NCBI GenBank assembly: GCA_040386535.1
Contig: JAZKFH010000041.1
Span: forward strand, 1-47,700
DNA from: Myxococcota bacterium
Lineage (GTDB): Bacteria > Myxococcota_A > UBA796 > SXON01
Direction of reading: 5' to 3'
DNA length: 47,700 bases
Of this stretch, positions 38,199 to 47,700 are shown piece after piece; within the stretch, counting starts at the first letter, position 1, and every line of letters starts with the position of its first letter. The notes below the pieces were generated by a model. That model did not search any database, was not told the DNA's origin, and saw nothing but the letters and a program-made list of their open reading frames with translations. The position numbers and the translations under genes were made by a program.

Positions 38199-39686
38199 AT
38201 GCCCCGCCTGCTCGCCGCGCTGCCGCTCCTCGCCCTCTCCCTGTCCGCCCGCGCGGAGGAGCCCGTGTGGCCGCCCCCGGCGCCCGCGCCGTCCGCCCCC
38301 GCCGCGCCCGCAGCCGCGCCCGCCGCCCCCGCCCCCTCCTCCCCCGCCGCGGGTGACCCGTGGGGAGCCGCGGCCGCCGCGACGGGCAACGACCCCTGGG
38401 CGACCGGCGGCACGCCGACTACTCCCGCCGCTACGCCCGCCACGGGCGCCGCCACCACCGTGGTCGCGCCGGCCTGGGTGCCGCCCGCCACCGCCGCCCG
38501 CGAGACCCGGGAGACGTGGAACACCGCCGGCCTGCTCGTGCGCCGCCTGACCTTCGACCAGGGCATGCTCCAGGCCGAGACCACCTTCACCTACGACGCC
38601 GCAGGGCGCGTGGTGGAGGAGCGCACCACCGGCACCGGCGGCGTGGTCGTCCAGGACTGGACCTACAACGACGACGGCACGCCCGTCACCCACGGCATCA
38701 CCACCGACGGGGTGACCCAGCTCCGCGAGGTCTACACCTACCTCGACGGCAAGGTCGCCACGCGCGCCGTGACCACGCCGAGCGGAACGTCCATCACGAC
38801 GACCACCTACGGCGCGAACGGCGAGCCCACCCTGGTGGAGACCCGCGGCGCCGATGGCGCGCTGCTCGCCCGCACCGTGTCGGACCGCGAGATGCCGCTC
38901 CCCGGGCGGGTGAAGCTCAACGTCGGCATCAACGGCGGCATCGCGACCAGCAGCGACGTGCGCACGACCGCGATCACCGCGGGTTTCCTCATCAGCCGCA
39001 AGCCGACCGTGGCCCAGTACGAGACCGACCCGGTCGAGATGAGCGCCTACGGGAGCTACAACCGCGCCACGGCCGCCGAGGTGCTCACCAACGACCAGCT
39101 CAAGGCCGGCGTCGGCATCGACTACAACAACCTCGTCGGCCCGCTCACCGCGTTCCTGTTCACCAGCGTCGAGCGCAACCCCGTCGCCAACCTCGACGTC
39201 GACCTGCTCGTGGCGCCGATCGGCGTGAAGTACGACATCGTCCCCGAGGGCTTCTTCACCTTGGATGCGAGCTTCGCCCCAGTGTGGAACTTCCGCTCCA
39301 TCGCCGTGCCCGCGGGCGGCGAGTGTGACGACGTGGTGCTCGCCGAGGACGGCCACTGCACGTTCTCGAAGATCCGCGGCTCGTTCCGCGTGCGCGCGTC
39401 GATCGGCACCGCGGCGGTCACGTTGAAGGACGTGGTCGAGTTCCTCCCCACGCTCAACCCCACGGGGAGCTTCGGCCAGGCAATCGAGGACGAGGCGATC
39501 TTCCGCAACACCGCCACGCTCGCCATCAAGATCACCGACGCCCTGACGCTGTCGGAGTCGATCGTGTTCGTCCGCGATCCGCTGCTGGCCGCGCAGATCG
39601 ACTGCGACGCCGATCCCGACAACCTCCTGTGCAAGGGGATGAGCCTGCAGACGGGCACGACGCTGGCGCTGTCGTACGCCTTCTGA
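38199..39686 (+). CDS. Secreted protein: Pro/Ala linker, YD/RHS-like repeats, DUF481-like outer-membrane beta-barrel
   Basis: Signal peptide ending ARA; TYDAAGRVVEE, TYNDDG, TYGANG repeats; amphipathic strands ending LALSYAF (terminal Phe). Confidence 0.65.
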   Translation: MPRLLAALPLLALSLSARAEEPVWPPPAPAPSAPAAPAAAPAAPAPSSPAAGDPWGAAAAATGNDPWATGGTPTTPAATPATGAATTVVAPAWVPPATAARETRETWNTAGLLVRRLTFDQGMLQAETTFTYDAAGRVVEERTTGTGGVVVQDWTYNDDGTPVTHGITTDGVTQLREVYTYLDGKVATRAVTTPSGTSITTTTYGANGEPTLVETRGADGALLARTVSDREMPLPGRVKLNVGINGGIATSSDVRTTAITAGFLISRKPTVAQYETDPVEMSAYGSYNRATAAEVLTNDQLKAGVGIDYNNLVGPLTAFLFTSVERNPVANLDVDLLVAPIGVKYDIVPEGFFTLDASFAPVWNFRSIAVPAGGECDDVVLAEDGHCTFSKIRGSFRVRASIGTAAVTLKDVVEFLPTLNPTGSFGQAIEDEAIFRNTATLAIKITDALTLSESIVFVRDPLLAAQIDCDADPDNLLCKGMSLQTGTTLALSYAF

Positions 39687-39710
39687 GCCACGGTCCGCGG
39701 ACCGCGGCGC

Positions 39711-40835
39711 CTATTCGGGGGGGACCAACCTCTCTCCCGAGAGGGCGAGGTCGAACCCGAGGTCGCTCGAGCTGACCGACGACTGGTGCAACGCCACCGC
39801 GATCGTGTTGGTCCCCGCCGTGAGCGCGGTGGGATCGAGGTCGAAGGAGAAGTAGCCGGTCTCGTCCCCGCCGCTCGCGGCCACCGAAGCCAGGGTGGTG
39901 TCGGCGAGATCGCCCCACGGGAGGTTGTCGCGCACGACCTCGACCCCGTTGAGGTACACGATGGCGCCGTCGTCCCGGAGCAGCTCCAACGTGAGCGACG
40001 AGAGCGTGATGCCCGGCACCTCGACCTCGATGCGGAACCACGTGGTGACGTACTTGTTGGCGTCGTCCGCGCCGTAGCCGACGGTGGTGACGACGTGGGT
40101 ATCGCCATAGCCCAGGGGGCCCGCGCCGGTGGCCCACGCGCTGGCGTCAAAGTCGGGCAGCTCCCAACCCGCTCCGGGGCTGGTGCCTCCGTCCCAATAA
40201 CTCCAGGTGCTACCGGCCACGAGCAGCGGTACGGCCTCGTACACGGGCTCGACGTTGGAGATCCCGGGCGTGCCACGGAAGTCGAACGTGAGGCACGCGT
40301 CGCCCTCGCAGCAGTCCGTGATGCGCGTGAGCGAGAAGTCGGCCGCCATCTCGCCGTAGGTGACGATGCTGCCGCGGCCGTCGGGCGCGTAGAGCGCCAC
40401 TTCGCCGCCGGTGCTCGCGAGCTTGAAGCCGAGGTGCTCCGGGCCGGTGTCCGGCAGCTCGTCGGCCCACAGGAGGGCGAACCCCCCGGGCGGCAGGGCG
40501 AGGCCGCCCGTGAGCACGTGCTTGTCCGGGGTGCCGCGGCTGTCGGTGAGCGTCCAGCCGTCGAGCAACACGGGGGTGTTCCCCGGGTTGTGGAGCTCGA
40601 TCCAGTCTGGATAGGCGAGCGTTTCGTCCTGTGCGGACGACTCGTTGTCCGGCATGAACTCGTTGATGCAGAGCTCGAGTGGGATGTCCGGGAGCTCCCC
40701 GGTGTCCGGATCGGTGTCGATCACGTCGGTGTCGGTGTCGCCGGGGTCGGTGTCGTCCGAGTCGGGGGACACGGGGGTGTCGCTCCCGGTGTCCTCGTCG
40801 AAGCGTTGGGAGCAGGCGAGCAGCAGGAGTAGCAT
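39711..40835 (-). CDS. Lamin-tail-domain lipoprotein with galactose-binding-like C-terminal domain
   Basis: MLLLLLAC; INEFMPDN...DWIELHN...LDGWTLTD; DDGAIVYLNGVEV...GTNTIAVALHQ...SSDLGFDL; TGATG coupling to the CotH gene. Confidence 0.85.
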   Translation of the reverse strand: MLLLLLACSQRFDEDTGSDTPVSPDSDDTDPGDTDTDVIDTDPDTGELPDIPLELCINEFMPDNESSAQDETLAYPDWIELHNPGNTPVLLDGWTLTDSRGTPDKHVLTGGLALPPGGFALLWADELPDTGPEHLGFKLASTGGEVALYAPDGRGSIVTYGEMAADFSLTRITDCCEGDACLTFDFRGTPGISNVEPVYEAVPLLVAGSTWSYWDGGTSPGAGWELPDFDASAWATGAGPLGYGDTHVVTTVGYGADDANKYVTTWFRIEVEVPGITLSSLTLELLRDDGAIVYLNGVEVVRDNLPWGDLADTTLASVAASGGDETGYFSFDLDPTALTAGTNTIAVALHQSSVSSSDLGFDLALSGERLVPPE

Positions 40836-42163
40836 CAGAGTTCGTACCAACCGCGGAGGGCGCCGGATTTACCGCGGAGCCAGCCGCGCATGTAGTCGCG
40901 AGTGGGCTGCACGCTGGACGCTGCACACTCGCGGCGAGGATCAGCCTGGGTGGCTTCGTAGGTGAGGGCTTCGACCTGGTCGAACAGGTCTTCCCACGCC
41001 TCCGCGTCCCACGTGTCGAGGAAGTTGGACATCGCGGTCCGGTGCCGGCCGAAGCAGGTCTCGTCCCTAAAGCACGCGTTGGTGATGTTGCCGGACGCGT
41101 TGGACCAGGAGAGGCCCCACTCGTAGTCGTACAGGAAGGAGTAATCGAGGTCCCAGGGCAACAGATTGCCCTTGCCATCCGTCGGGTCGAAGTACACGCG
41201 GTAGTTGTTCGTGTTCATCGAGTAGCCGTCGTTGTGGCCGATGAACTGGTCGACCGCCGTGAGCCGGTGGTAGTTGTCCCAGTCCCACACCGTGCCCATC
41301 GACCCGTAGAACGAGGGCTGCCCCCGATTGGCCGAGAGGGTGGCCGAGACCGCGGCGATGTCGGCGTTCCCGACATCCGTGCCCTCTTCGAGCTGGAATT
41401 GGTCGTCCAGGCCGTCGGCGAAGTCGAGCAGGGTGTAGCTGTACCCGCCCCCGTCGTACGTCGTGTAGACGTACTTGCCGTCGTACAGGTTGCCGTCCGG
41501 GTTCTCGAACGTGCGATCGAGCCACTTGTCGGAGGGGGTCTCCACGAGCACGTAGAGCCCGTAGGGCGCGCCGTTCACGCTGACCTGGGCGTAGGACGCG
41601 CGGAGCGTCGGCACGCCGGCGAGCCCGTACGCGTGGTAGCCCATGACCTCCTTCATGTAGGAGCAATCGACCACCGCGTTGTTCAGCGAGAGCTCTTCGA
41701 GCCCGTAGAAGCGCTGCCCGTCGACGTACTCGCCGAAGGAGAGCTTGAACTTCGGCTTGCCCGCGAGCGTGCGGAAGGAACCGATCTTGCCGCGCAACCG
41801 GACGCCGATCTGCGCGAGCGCTTCCCCGTCGATCGACACGTCGGCCGGCGCCCAGTCGTAGGGCGCCTCCGCCAACGCGGCCTCCGAGTCCGCGGAGATC
41901 GTGATCTCCACCTCGTGGATGCTGTCGAGGCCGAACAGCCAGCCCGCGAGATCGGACGCGTCCTGATCTCCGCCCGCCTCCTCCGTGACGACGGGGGGCT
42001 CGGGCTCGTCCGCGGGATCGATGATCTCCACGGCCGTGTCGCGGGTCGGGTCGGTGTCGGGTTCGGCGTCGGCGGGGGTGTCGGTGTCCGCGCGATCAGG
42101 AAGCACGGTCAGCCCGACGGGCTCGGTGCAGGCGGCGAGGAGCAGGGCGAGGAAGATGGGCAC
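40835..42163 (-). CDS. CotH kinase family lipoprotein
   Basis: IGVRLRGK..SFR...KPKFKL, LSLNN...D.SYMKE, VNGAPYGLY..VE, DGY....NNY..Y, LPWDLDYSF; LAAC lipobox. Start is GTG 42163 or TTG 42178. Confidence 0.9.
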   Translation of the reverse strand: MPIFLALLLAACTEPVGLTVLPDRADTDTPADAEPDTDPTRDTAVEIIDPADEPEPPVVTEEAGGDQDASDLAGWLFGLDSIHEVEITISADSEAALAEAPYDWAPADVSIDGEALAQIGVRLRGKIGSFRTLAGKPKFKLSFGEYVDGQRFYGLEELSLNNAVVDCSYMKEVMGYHAYGLAGVPTLRASYAQVSVNGAPYGLYVLVETPSDKWLDRTFENPDGNLYDGKYVYTTYDGGGYSYTLLDFADGLDDQFQLEEGTDVGNADIAAVSATLSANRGQPSFYGSMGTVWDWDNYHRLTAVDQFIGHNDGYSMNTNNYRVYFDPTDGKGNLLPWDLDYSFLYDYEWGLSWSNASGNITNACFRDETCFGRHRTAMSNFLDTWDAEAWEDLFDQVEALTYEATQADPRRECAASSVQPTRDYMRGWLRGKSGALRGWYEL

Positions 42164-42320
42164 GAGGCAGCCATGCAAGCACCGTGTAAGCCCAGTGTCA
42201 ACCGTGTGACGCCCGGCTGGTGGCCGGGCTCACGGAGCGGCCCGCGGTGGGCCTCCGGCGCGTGTCCGAAGGGCACGCGTCCCGTTGCGCGTACCCCGTG
42301 CGCCCGCGATACAGTGCGGC

Positions 42321-43379
42321 ATGCTCGATTCGCGGCCCCGCATCCTCTCGGTCGGCACGGCGAACCCGCCGGAGCGCTACCGCCAGGAGGACCTCCTGGA
42401 GCGCTACCGCGTGGAGGACCCGCGGCTGCGCTCGCTGTTCACGAGCAGCCACATCCGCACCCGGCACCTGTACCTTGCGCCCGCCGGGCCCGACGGCGCG
42501 CCGGTCGAGTCGCAAGGCGAGCTGCTCGCGAAGCACCGGCGCGGCGCGATGGAGATCGGCCCGTTGGCCGTGAACAAGTGCCTCGAGCCCCTCGGGCTCA
42601 CCGTCAAGGACATCGACTACCTCTGCTGCATCACGACGACCGGGTTCCTCACCCCCGGGCTGTCCGCGCTGCTGATGAAGGAGATGGGCTTTCGGGAGGA
42701 CTGCTCCCGCGTCGACATCGTGGGGATGGGCTGCAACGCGGGGCTCAACGGCCTGAACCCCGTGGCCTCGTGGGCCCTGGCGAACCCCGGCAAGAACGCG
42801 CTGATGGTCTCGATGGAGATCTGCTCGGCCGCGTACGTGTTCGACAACTCCATGCGCACCGCCATCGTGAACTCGTTGTTCGGGGATGGCGCCGCCGCCG
42901 TGCTGGTGCGCGCCTCCGAGAAGGACGAGCGCGCGTTCGCGCCGAAGATCCTCGGCTTCAACAGCCACATCATCCCCGAGGCCGTGGGCGCCATGCGCTA
43001 CGACTGGGACGAGCTTGTGGGGAAGTTCAGCTTCTTCCTCGATCGGGACATCCCCTACGTGGTCGGCGCCAACGCGGAGCGGCCGCTCGCGCGCCTGCTC
43101 GCCACGCACGGCCTCAAGCGCCGCCACATCGCCCACTGGCTGGTGCACAGCGGCGGCAAGAAGGTGGTCGACGCGATCAAGTACAACATCGGCATCAGCG
43201 AGTGGGACGTGCGGCACACCCACTCCGTACTGAGGGACTTCGGGAACTTGTCGAGCGGGTCCTTCCTGTTCTCCTACGAACGCCTGCTCGCCGAAGGGCG
43301 CGTGCGGCGCGGGGACTACGGGGTCATGATGACGATGGGCCCGGGCTCGACGATCGAGACGGCGTTGATCCGTTGGTAG
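42321..43379 (+). CDS. dpgA: 3,5-dihydroxyphenylacetyl-CoA synthase (type III PKS)
   Basis: TGFLTPGLSAL, SRVDIVGMGCNAGLN, MRTAIVNSLFGDG, AMRYDWD, HWLVHSGGKKV, GNLSSGSFLFSYERL and MTMGPGSTIE match glycopeptide DpgA as I recall it; Cys-His-Asn triad intact. Confidence 0.9.
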   Translation: MLDSRPRILSVGTANPPERYRQEDLLERYRVEDPRLRSLFTSSHIRTRHLYLAPAGPDGAPVESQGELLAKHRRGAMEIGPLAVNKCLEPLGLTVKDIDYLCCITTTGFLTPGLSALLMKEMGFREDCSRVDIVGMGCNAGLNGLNPVASWALANPGKNALMVSMEICSAAYVFDNSMRTAIVNSLFGDGAAAVLVRASEKDERAFAPKILGFNSHIIPEAVGAMRYDWDELVGKFSFFLDRDIPYVVGANAERPLARLLATHGLKRRHIAHWLVHSGGKKVVDAIKYNIGISEWDVRHTHSVLRDFGNLSSGSFLFSYERLLAEGRVRRGDYGVMMTMGPGSTIETALIRW

Positions 43380-43387
43380 GAGCTTTC

Positions 43388-44101
43388 ATGTACGAGACCT
43401 TGTCCTACGAGGACAGCGGCGACATCGCGTTCCTCACGTTGAAGCGCGCGCGCATCAACGTGAAGCAGATCCGCGAGCTCGAGCGCGTCTGCGACCAACT
43501 CGAGGACCACTCCGCGTGCAAGGTCGTCGTGATCCGCGGGCACTCGCTCGGGATGGACTTCGCCGACTTCGACCCGAAGGAGGCCCTCGACATCCACGGC
43601 TTCAACAAGTGGGAGAAGCTGGTGAGCCGCATCGAGCGGCTGCCGAAGATCACGGTGGCCGCGGTGGACGGGCCCTGTGTCGGCGGCGGCTTCCAGCTCG
43701 TCCTCGCGTGTGACCAGCGGGTGGCCACCCCCGCCGCCACCTTCAGCCTCCCCGAGGTCAAGCTGGGGTTCCTCCCCGGCATGGCCACCTACCGGCTCGC
43801 CAAGTACGTCGGCCTCGGCCACGCCAAGCGGATGATGCTCACCGGCGCGGAGATGGGCGTCGAGCAGGCGCTGCAGCTCGGCGTCGTGGACGATGTGGAC
43901 ACTTCCCTCGACACCGTGATCGCCCGCACGTTGGAGGCGCTCGGCCCCAAGCACGCGGTGGCGGGCACGTTGGCGCGGCGCCTGCTGCTGGAGAGCTTCC
44001 ACACCGAGCCGGAGGACGCGATCGGTCACTTCCTCGCGGCCCAGCACCGTGCCATCAGCCAGACCGCGTTCCTCGACACGCTCGCGAAGGAGCGTGGATG
44101 A
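43388..44101 (+). CDS. Enoyl-CoA hydratase/crotonase, DpgB-like
   Basis: NKWEKLVSRIERLP and PGMATYRL (DpgB-like); AAVDGPCVGGGFQL..ACD.R, FSLPE; GGAG SD upstream. Confidence 0.8.
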   Translation: MYETLSYEDSGDIAFLTLKRARINVKQIRELERVCDQLEDHSACKVVVIRGHSLGMDFADFDPKEALDIHGFNKWEKLVSRIERLPKITVAAVDGPCVGGGFQLVLACDQRVATPAATFSLPEVKLGFLPGMATYRLAKYVGLGHAKRMMLTGAEMGVEQALQLGVVDDVDTSLDTVIARTLEALGPKHAVAGTLARRLLLESFHTEPEDAIGHFLAAQHRAISQTAFLDTLAKERG

Positions 44102-44802
44102 CCGTCGGCCCCACGACCGCGGCGCCCGCCGCGGGGATCAAGCCCTTTCCGATCGACCTCGAGGTCATCGGCCGCATCCGCCCGATGCAGTACCGGGACG
44201 CCGAGCGCGTGGCCGAGCTGCACCACGCGGCCATGGGCAACAGCTTGTGGGCGATGCTCGGGCAGCCCTTCCTGGCGTCGCTGTACCGCGCGCTCATCGA
44301 CTCGCCGCTGTTCTTCGGGTTCGTCTACGTGGAAGACACGGATGTGAAGGGGTTCATCGCCGGCAGCACCGACACCTCGACCATGTACCGATGGGTGCTC
44401 CGGCGGCGCGGCATGTTCGTGGCGCCGGCGGCCTTGCGGGGGCTCGTCACCCGCCCGCTCCTGGCGATGAAGTTGCTGGAGACCGCCCGCTACTTCGGCG
44501 TGTCCGGCGCGGACGACGTGCCCGCCGAGAGCCTGTTCTGCAGCTTCGTCCCCGACCTGCGGGGCAAGCGCGTGAGCGGGCACATCAACAAGGTGCTGTT
44601 CGACGAGCTGCGGGCCCGCGGCCGCACACACGTCAAGATCACGACCGAGGCCGACAACGAGGGCGCCAACCGCCAGCTCGCGTCGTGGGGGTTCGTGCAG
44701 CGGAGCACCTTCCGGTTCTACGGCAAGGACATGGTCACCTACGTGCTCGATCTCGTGGCGTGCCCCCGGGTCGAGGCGTTGAGCCGGCATCCGACGGTCT
44801 AA
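44098..44802 (+). CDS. GNAT family N-acyltransferase
   Basis: IRPM...DAERVAELH, VPDLRGKRVS (motif A), TTEADNEGAN...WGF (motif B); ATGA coupling. Confidence 0.78.
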   Translation: MTVGPTTAAPAAGIKPFPIDLEVIGRIRPMQYRDAERVAELHHAAMGNSLWAMLGQPFLASLYRALIDSPLFFGFVYVEDTDVKGFIAGSTDTSTMYRWVLRRRGMFVAPAALRGLVTRPLLAMKLLETARYFGVSGADDVPAESLFCSFVPDLRGKRVSGHINKVLFDELRARGRTHVKITTEADNEGANRQLASWGFVQRSTFRFYGKDMVTYVLDLVACPRVEALSRHPTV

Positions 44803-44859
44803 GCGCCCCTTGGCCCACCGCGGCCTCCGGCGTTAGCCGAGGACCGCAAGGAGTCTGCG

Positions 44860-45651
<792 letters not shown>

Positions 45652-45660
45652 GCGAACGAA

Positions 45661-46512
45661 TCAGGCCTGGCCGGTCCAGTCGGCAGGCACGATCAGCACC
45701 GGGCACTTCGGCTCGCCCGCGAGGATCCGCTCGACGGTGCTCCCGCGTAGCGCATCGAGCCAGTTGAGACGGCCCTCGGTGACGCACACGATGAGGTCCG
45801 GCTTCCACGAGTCGGCGCGGGTGAGGATGCGATCGACCGGCTCGCCCTCGTCGCGCCAGTGGTGGACGGTCCAGCCCTTCGGCACGCGGAGCAGGTCGAC
45901 CTCGGGCCGCTCGGCGCCGACGTGCAGCGTGGCGATTTCTACCGCCTGGTCGGGGAGGGCGGAGACGAGCAGCCGCGCGGCGTCGAACGCGGGCGCCGGG
46001 TGCGGGCGATGATCGATGGGGACGAGCACCTTGCGGATCGTGCCGATGCCGGTGTTGCTCCGCACGAAGCCCTGCACGTCCGGCGGGATGAGGAGGACGA
46101 GGACCGCGCCCTGCACCGCCACCGGCGTCGCGACGCTGGGTTGGAGCCAACGCGCCACGCCGGTGCGCCCGTGGGTGGAGAGCACCACCAGGTCCGCGTG
46201 GGAGCTCGCCATCTCCTGGAAGATCGCACGGTCGGGCGAAACGCCGGACACCATGGTGCGGCGCGCATTCACCCCGAGCTTCGCCAGATCGGCGGCCGTG
46301 CCGCCGGCGGGAAGGTCACCCCAGCGGATGAGCGTCTCCAGGACGCCGGGGGCCCAGTGCCAGTCCGACGTGTCGTTCTTCGGCTCCACGTGGAACACGT
46401 CGAGCTCGGCGCGTAGCGCGAGGGACAGGCGCAGGGCGTGGGAGAAGGCCACCACCGAGGCGTCGGAGAAGTCGGTGGGGACGAGGATCGAGCGGATGTG
46501 GGGGTGCAGCAT
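45661..46512 (-). CDS. Universal stress protein (tandem USP domains)
   Basis: SILVPTDFSDAS, ADLVVLSTHGRTG, KVLVPID, LRGSTVERIL...CPVLIVP. Confidence 0.92.
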   Translation of the reverse strand: MLHPHIRSILVPTDFSDASVVAFSHALRLSLALRAELDVFHVEPKNDTSDWHWAPGVLETLIRWGDLPAGGTAADLAKLGVNARRTMVSGVSPDRAIFQEMASSHADLVVLSTHGRTGVARWLQPSVATPVAVQGAVLVLLIPPDVQGFVRSNTGIGTIRKVLVPIDHRPHPAPAFDAARLLVSALPDQAVEIATLHVGAERPEVDLLRVPKGWTVHHWRDEGEPVDRILTRADSWKPDLIVCVTEGRLNWLDALRGSTVERILAGEPKCPVLIVPADWTGQA

Positions 46513-46550
46513 GGGGGACTCCGCGCTGAGGGGCTGCAAGATTCGGACCA

Positions 46551-46759
46551 GGGCGCCCCGCGCGGACGCGGGCAGGTCGGCTCCAGGCTGCACGATCCTC
46601 CCCCGACCTCCCGGTCGGAGGAGGCTTTCGCGCGCCTGCGGCAGCGCGGCGGAGCCGCTCGGTCGGCCGGGCACGGGGCAGGATCGTAGGGTTGGAGGCC
46701 GCCATGTGCCCGGCCGGACCAGCCGCCGGAGGCGGCTGCCCTCCGCGCCCTTGGCGCGG
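46551..46759. repeat. Dispersed structured intergenic element, copy D (with an extra hairpin insert)
   Basis: Conserved blocks as in B and C, plus a roughly 55-nt self-complementary insert at about 46589-46643. Confidence 0.85.
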
Positions 46760-46771
46760 TGCTCGTCCAAT

Positions 46772-46915
46772 GGGCCCGTGAGCCCGGCGGCCCGCGGCCC
46801 GTCAGCCCGTCAGCCCGTGGGCCCGTCACGCCGTGGGCCCGTCACCCCGTGGGCCCGTGGGTCCGTGGGCGCGGTCGGCCCGCGGGACCGTGGGCCCGTC
46901 AGCCCGTCATCCCGT
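46772..46915. repeat. Degenerate 8-bp tandem array (CCCGTGGG/CCCGTCAG)
   Basis: Visible between element D and the stop of TetR copy 2. Confidence 0.75.
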
Positions 46916-47512
46916 CGGCGCTTGCGCCAGCTGCCCCAACGCGTGGGCCACGGCGTCCCGGCCGGCTCCGTCCATCCGCGCCAGCGCCAGGCCGTGGATG
47001 GTGAACGAGAACAGCTCGGCGCGCGCCACGTCGCCCCCGGGGAGGCCGAGACGACGCGTGCGCCGGGCGAACGCCGTCTGGAGGACCCGGCGGGGCGAGG
47101 GCACCGCCAGCCCCCCCGCATCGAGCCCGGTGGGCGCCCGGGGCTGGTCACGCCACCCTTCTCCGGACGCGAGCCGGTAGAGGAACGGGTTGTTCTCGGC
47201 GTAGGCGACCCAGGCCTTGCCGACCACCTCGGGAGAGGTGCGCGCCGGGCCGATAGCCTCCGCAAAGGCAGCCCTCTCGAGGTCCGCGAGCACCGACGCC
47301 GCGACCGCCGAACGCAGCCCCGTCCGTGACCCGAAGTGGTAGACGAGCGCGGTCGCGGTCACGCCGAGCTCGCGCGCCAGGCCGCGAAGGGTGAGCGCAT
47401 CGGGCCCGCGCAGCGCGACGATCTCCCGGCCCCGTCGCAGCGCCGCCTGGTGGAGGTTGCCGTGGTGGTAGCGGGGCTTGGGGCTGCGGCGAGGGGGCAG
47501 GGGGTCGTTCAC
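46907..47512 (-). CDS. TetR/AcrR family regulator, copy 2
   Basis: 201 aa; by manual count 177/201 residues identical to 35373..35978. Confidence 0.92.
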   Translation of the reverse strand: MNDPLPPRRSPKPRYHHGNLHQAALRRGREIVALRGPDALTLRGLARELGVTATALVYHFGSRTGLRSAVAASVLADLERAAFAEAIGPARTSPEVVGKAWVAYAENNPFLYRLASGEGWRDQPRAPTGLDAGGLAVPSPRRVLQTAFARRTRRLGLPGGDVARAELFSFTIHGLALARMDGAGRDAVAHALGQLAQAPTG

Positions 47513-47518
47513 CGAGCC

Positions 47519-47547
47519 ATCTTAGCATTGCTAAGATCGGGTGGCAA
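47519..47547 (-). promoter_or_regulatory. Leaderless sigma70 promoter with the same 19-bp operator
   Basis: Minus strand TTGCCA-17 bp-TAAGAT-6 nt-GTG; ATCTTAGCAATGCTAAGAT at 47537-47519. Confidence 0.85.
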
Positions 47548-47603
47548 GGGCACGGCACCCGTCCGTGCGGCGCCCCGGCGGGCCGCGGCGGCGGCGGCGC
47601 TCC

Positions 47604-47700
47604 GCCGTGCGGTGCCGGCCGTGCGGCGCCGGCCGTGCAGCGCCGGCCGTGCGGCGCCGGCCGTGCGGTGCCCGCCGTGCGGTCCCCGCGGTGCGGCGCC
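47604..47700. repeat. 14-bp tandem array (GCCGTGCGGCGCCG, about 7 copies, runs off window)
   Basis: Units at 47604, 47618, 47632, 47646, 47660, 47674 and 47688. Confidence 0.88.

Noticed and set aside
40679..44101. 1140-aa ORF
   Set aside because: Antisense to cotH and off-frame across dpgA; only 43388-44101 is a real crotonase.
6319..44802. One large biosynthetic cluster joining the CoA ligase, OYE, haloperoxidase and dpg genes
   Set aside because: The genes are scattered over 38 kb among unrelated surface-protein genes, with no shared operon or visible common operator.

Overview
Very GC-rich (roughly 70-75% by eye) bacterial chromosomal window. Gene content points to a Myxococcota-type deltaproteobacterium (inference): a TIGR02147 protein, MopE-motif/FG-GAP and Asp-Thr-repeat lipoproteins, a CxxxxCH multiheme cytochrome and an exosortase/PEP-CTERM pair. 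It holds about 40 protein genes in short operons. No rRNA, tRNA, CRISPR array or transposase is recognisable. Known-type modules are ArsR-SRPBCC-DUF1801, an AI-2E transporter, a benzoate-CoA ligase, an old yellow enzyme, a Gcr-family protein, a SnoaL-ECF sigma factor, a vanadium chloroperoxidase-like enzyme, exosortase O with its PEP-CTERM target, a CotH kinase with a lamin-tail lipoprotein, and a USP. Highlights: (1) a dispersed, co-oriented 130-210 nt intergenic element in five copies whose hairpins show compensatory changes, usually followed by an unrelated tandem array (51, 52, 53 or 8 bp units); (2) a stand-alone dpgA-dpgB-like-GNAT operon with no dpgC or NRPS in the window; (3) two 88%-identical inverted TetR genes 11 kb apart, sharing a 19-bp operator and a leaderless promoter; (4) an ATLF-type metalloprotease with a coupled small gene (possible toxin-immunity pair); (5) many apparently leaderless genes and ultrashort lipoprotein signal peptides. 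All family calls are from motif recognition by eye; no searches were run.
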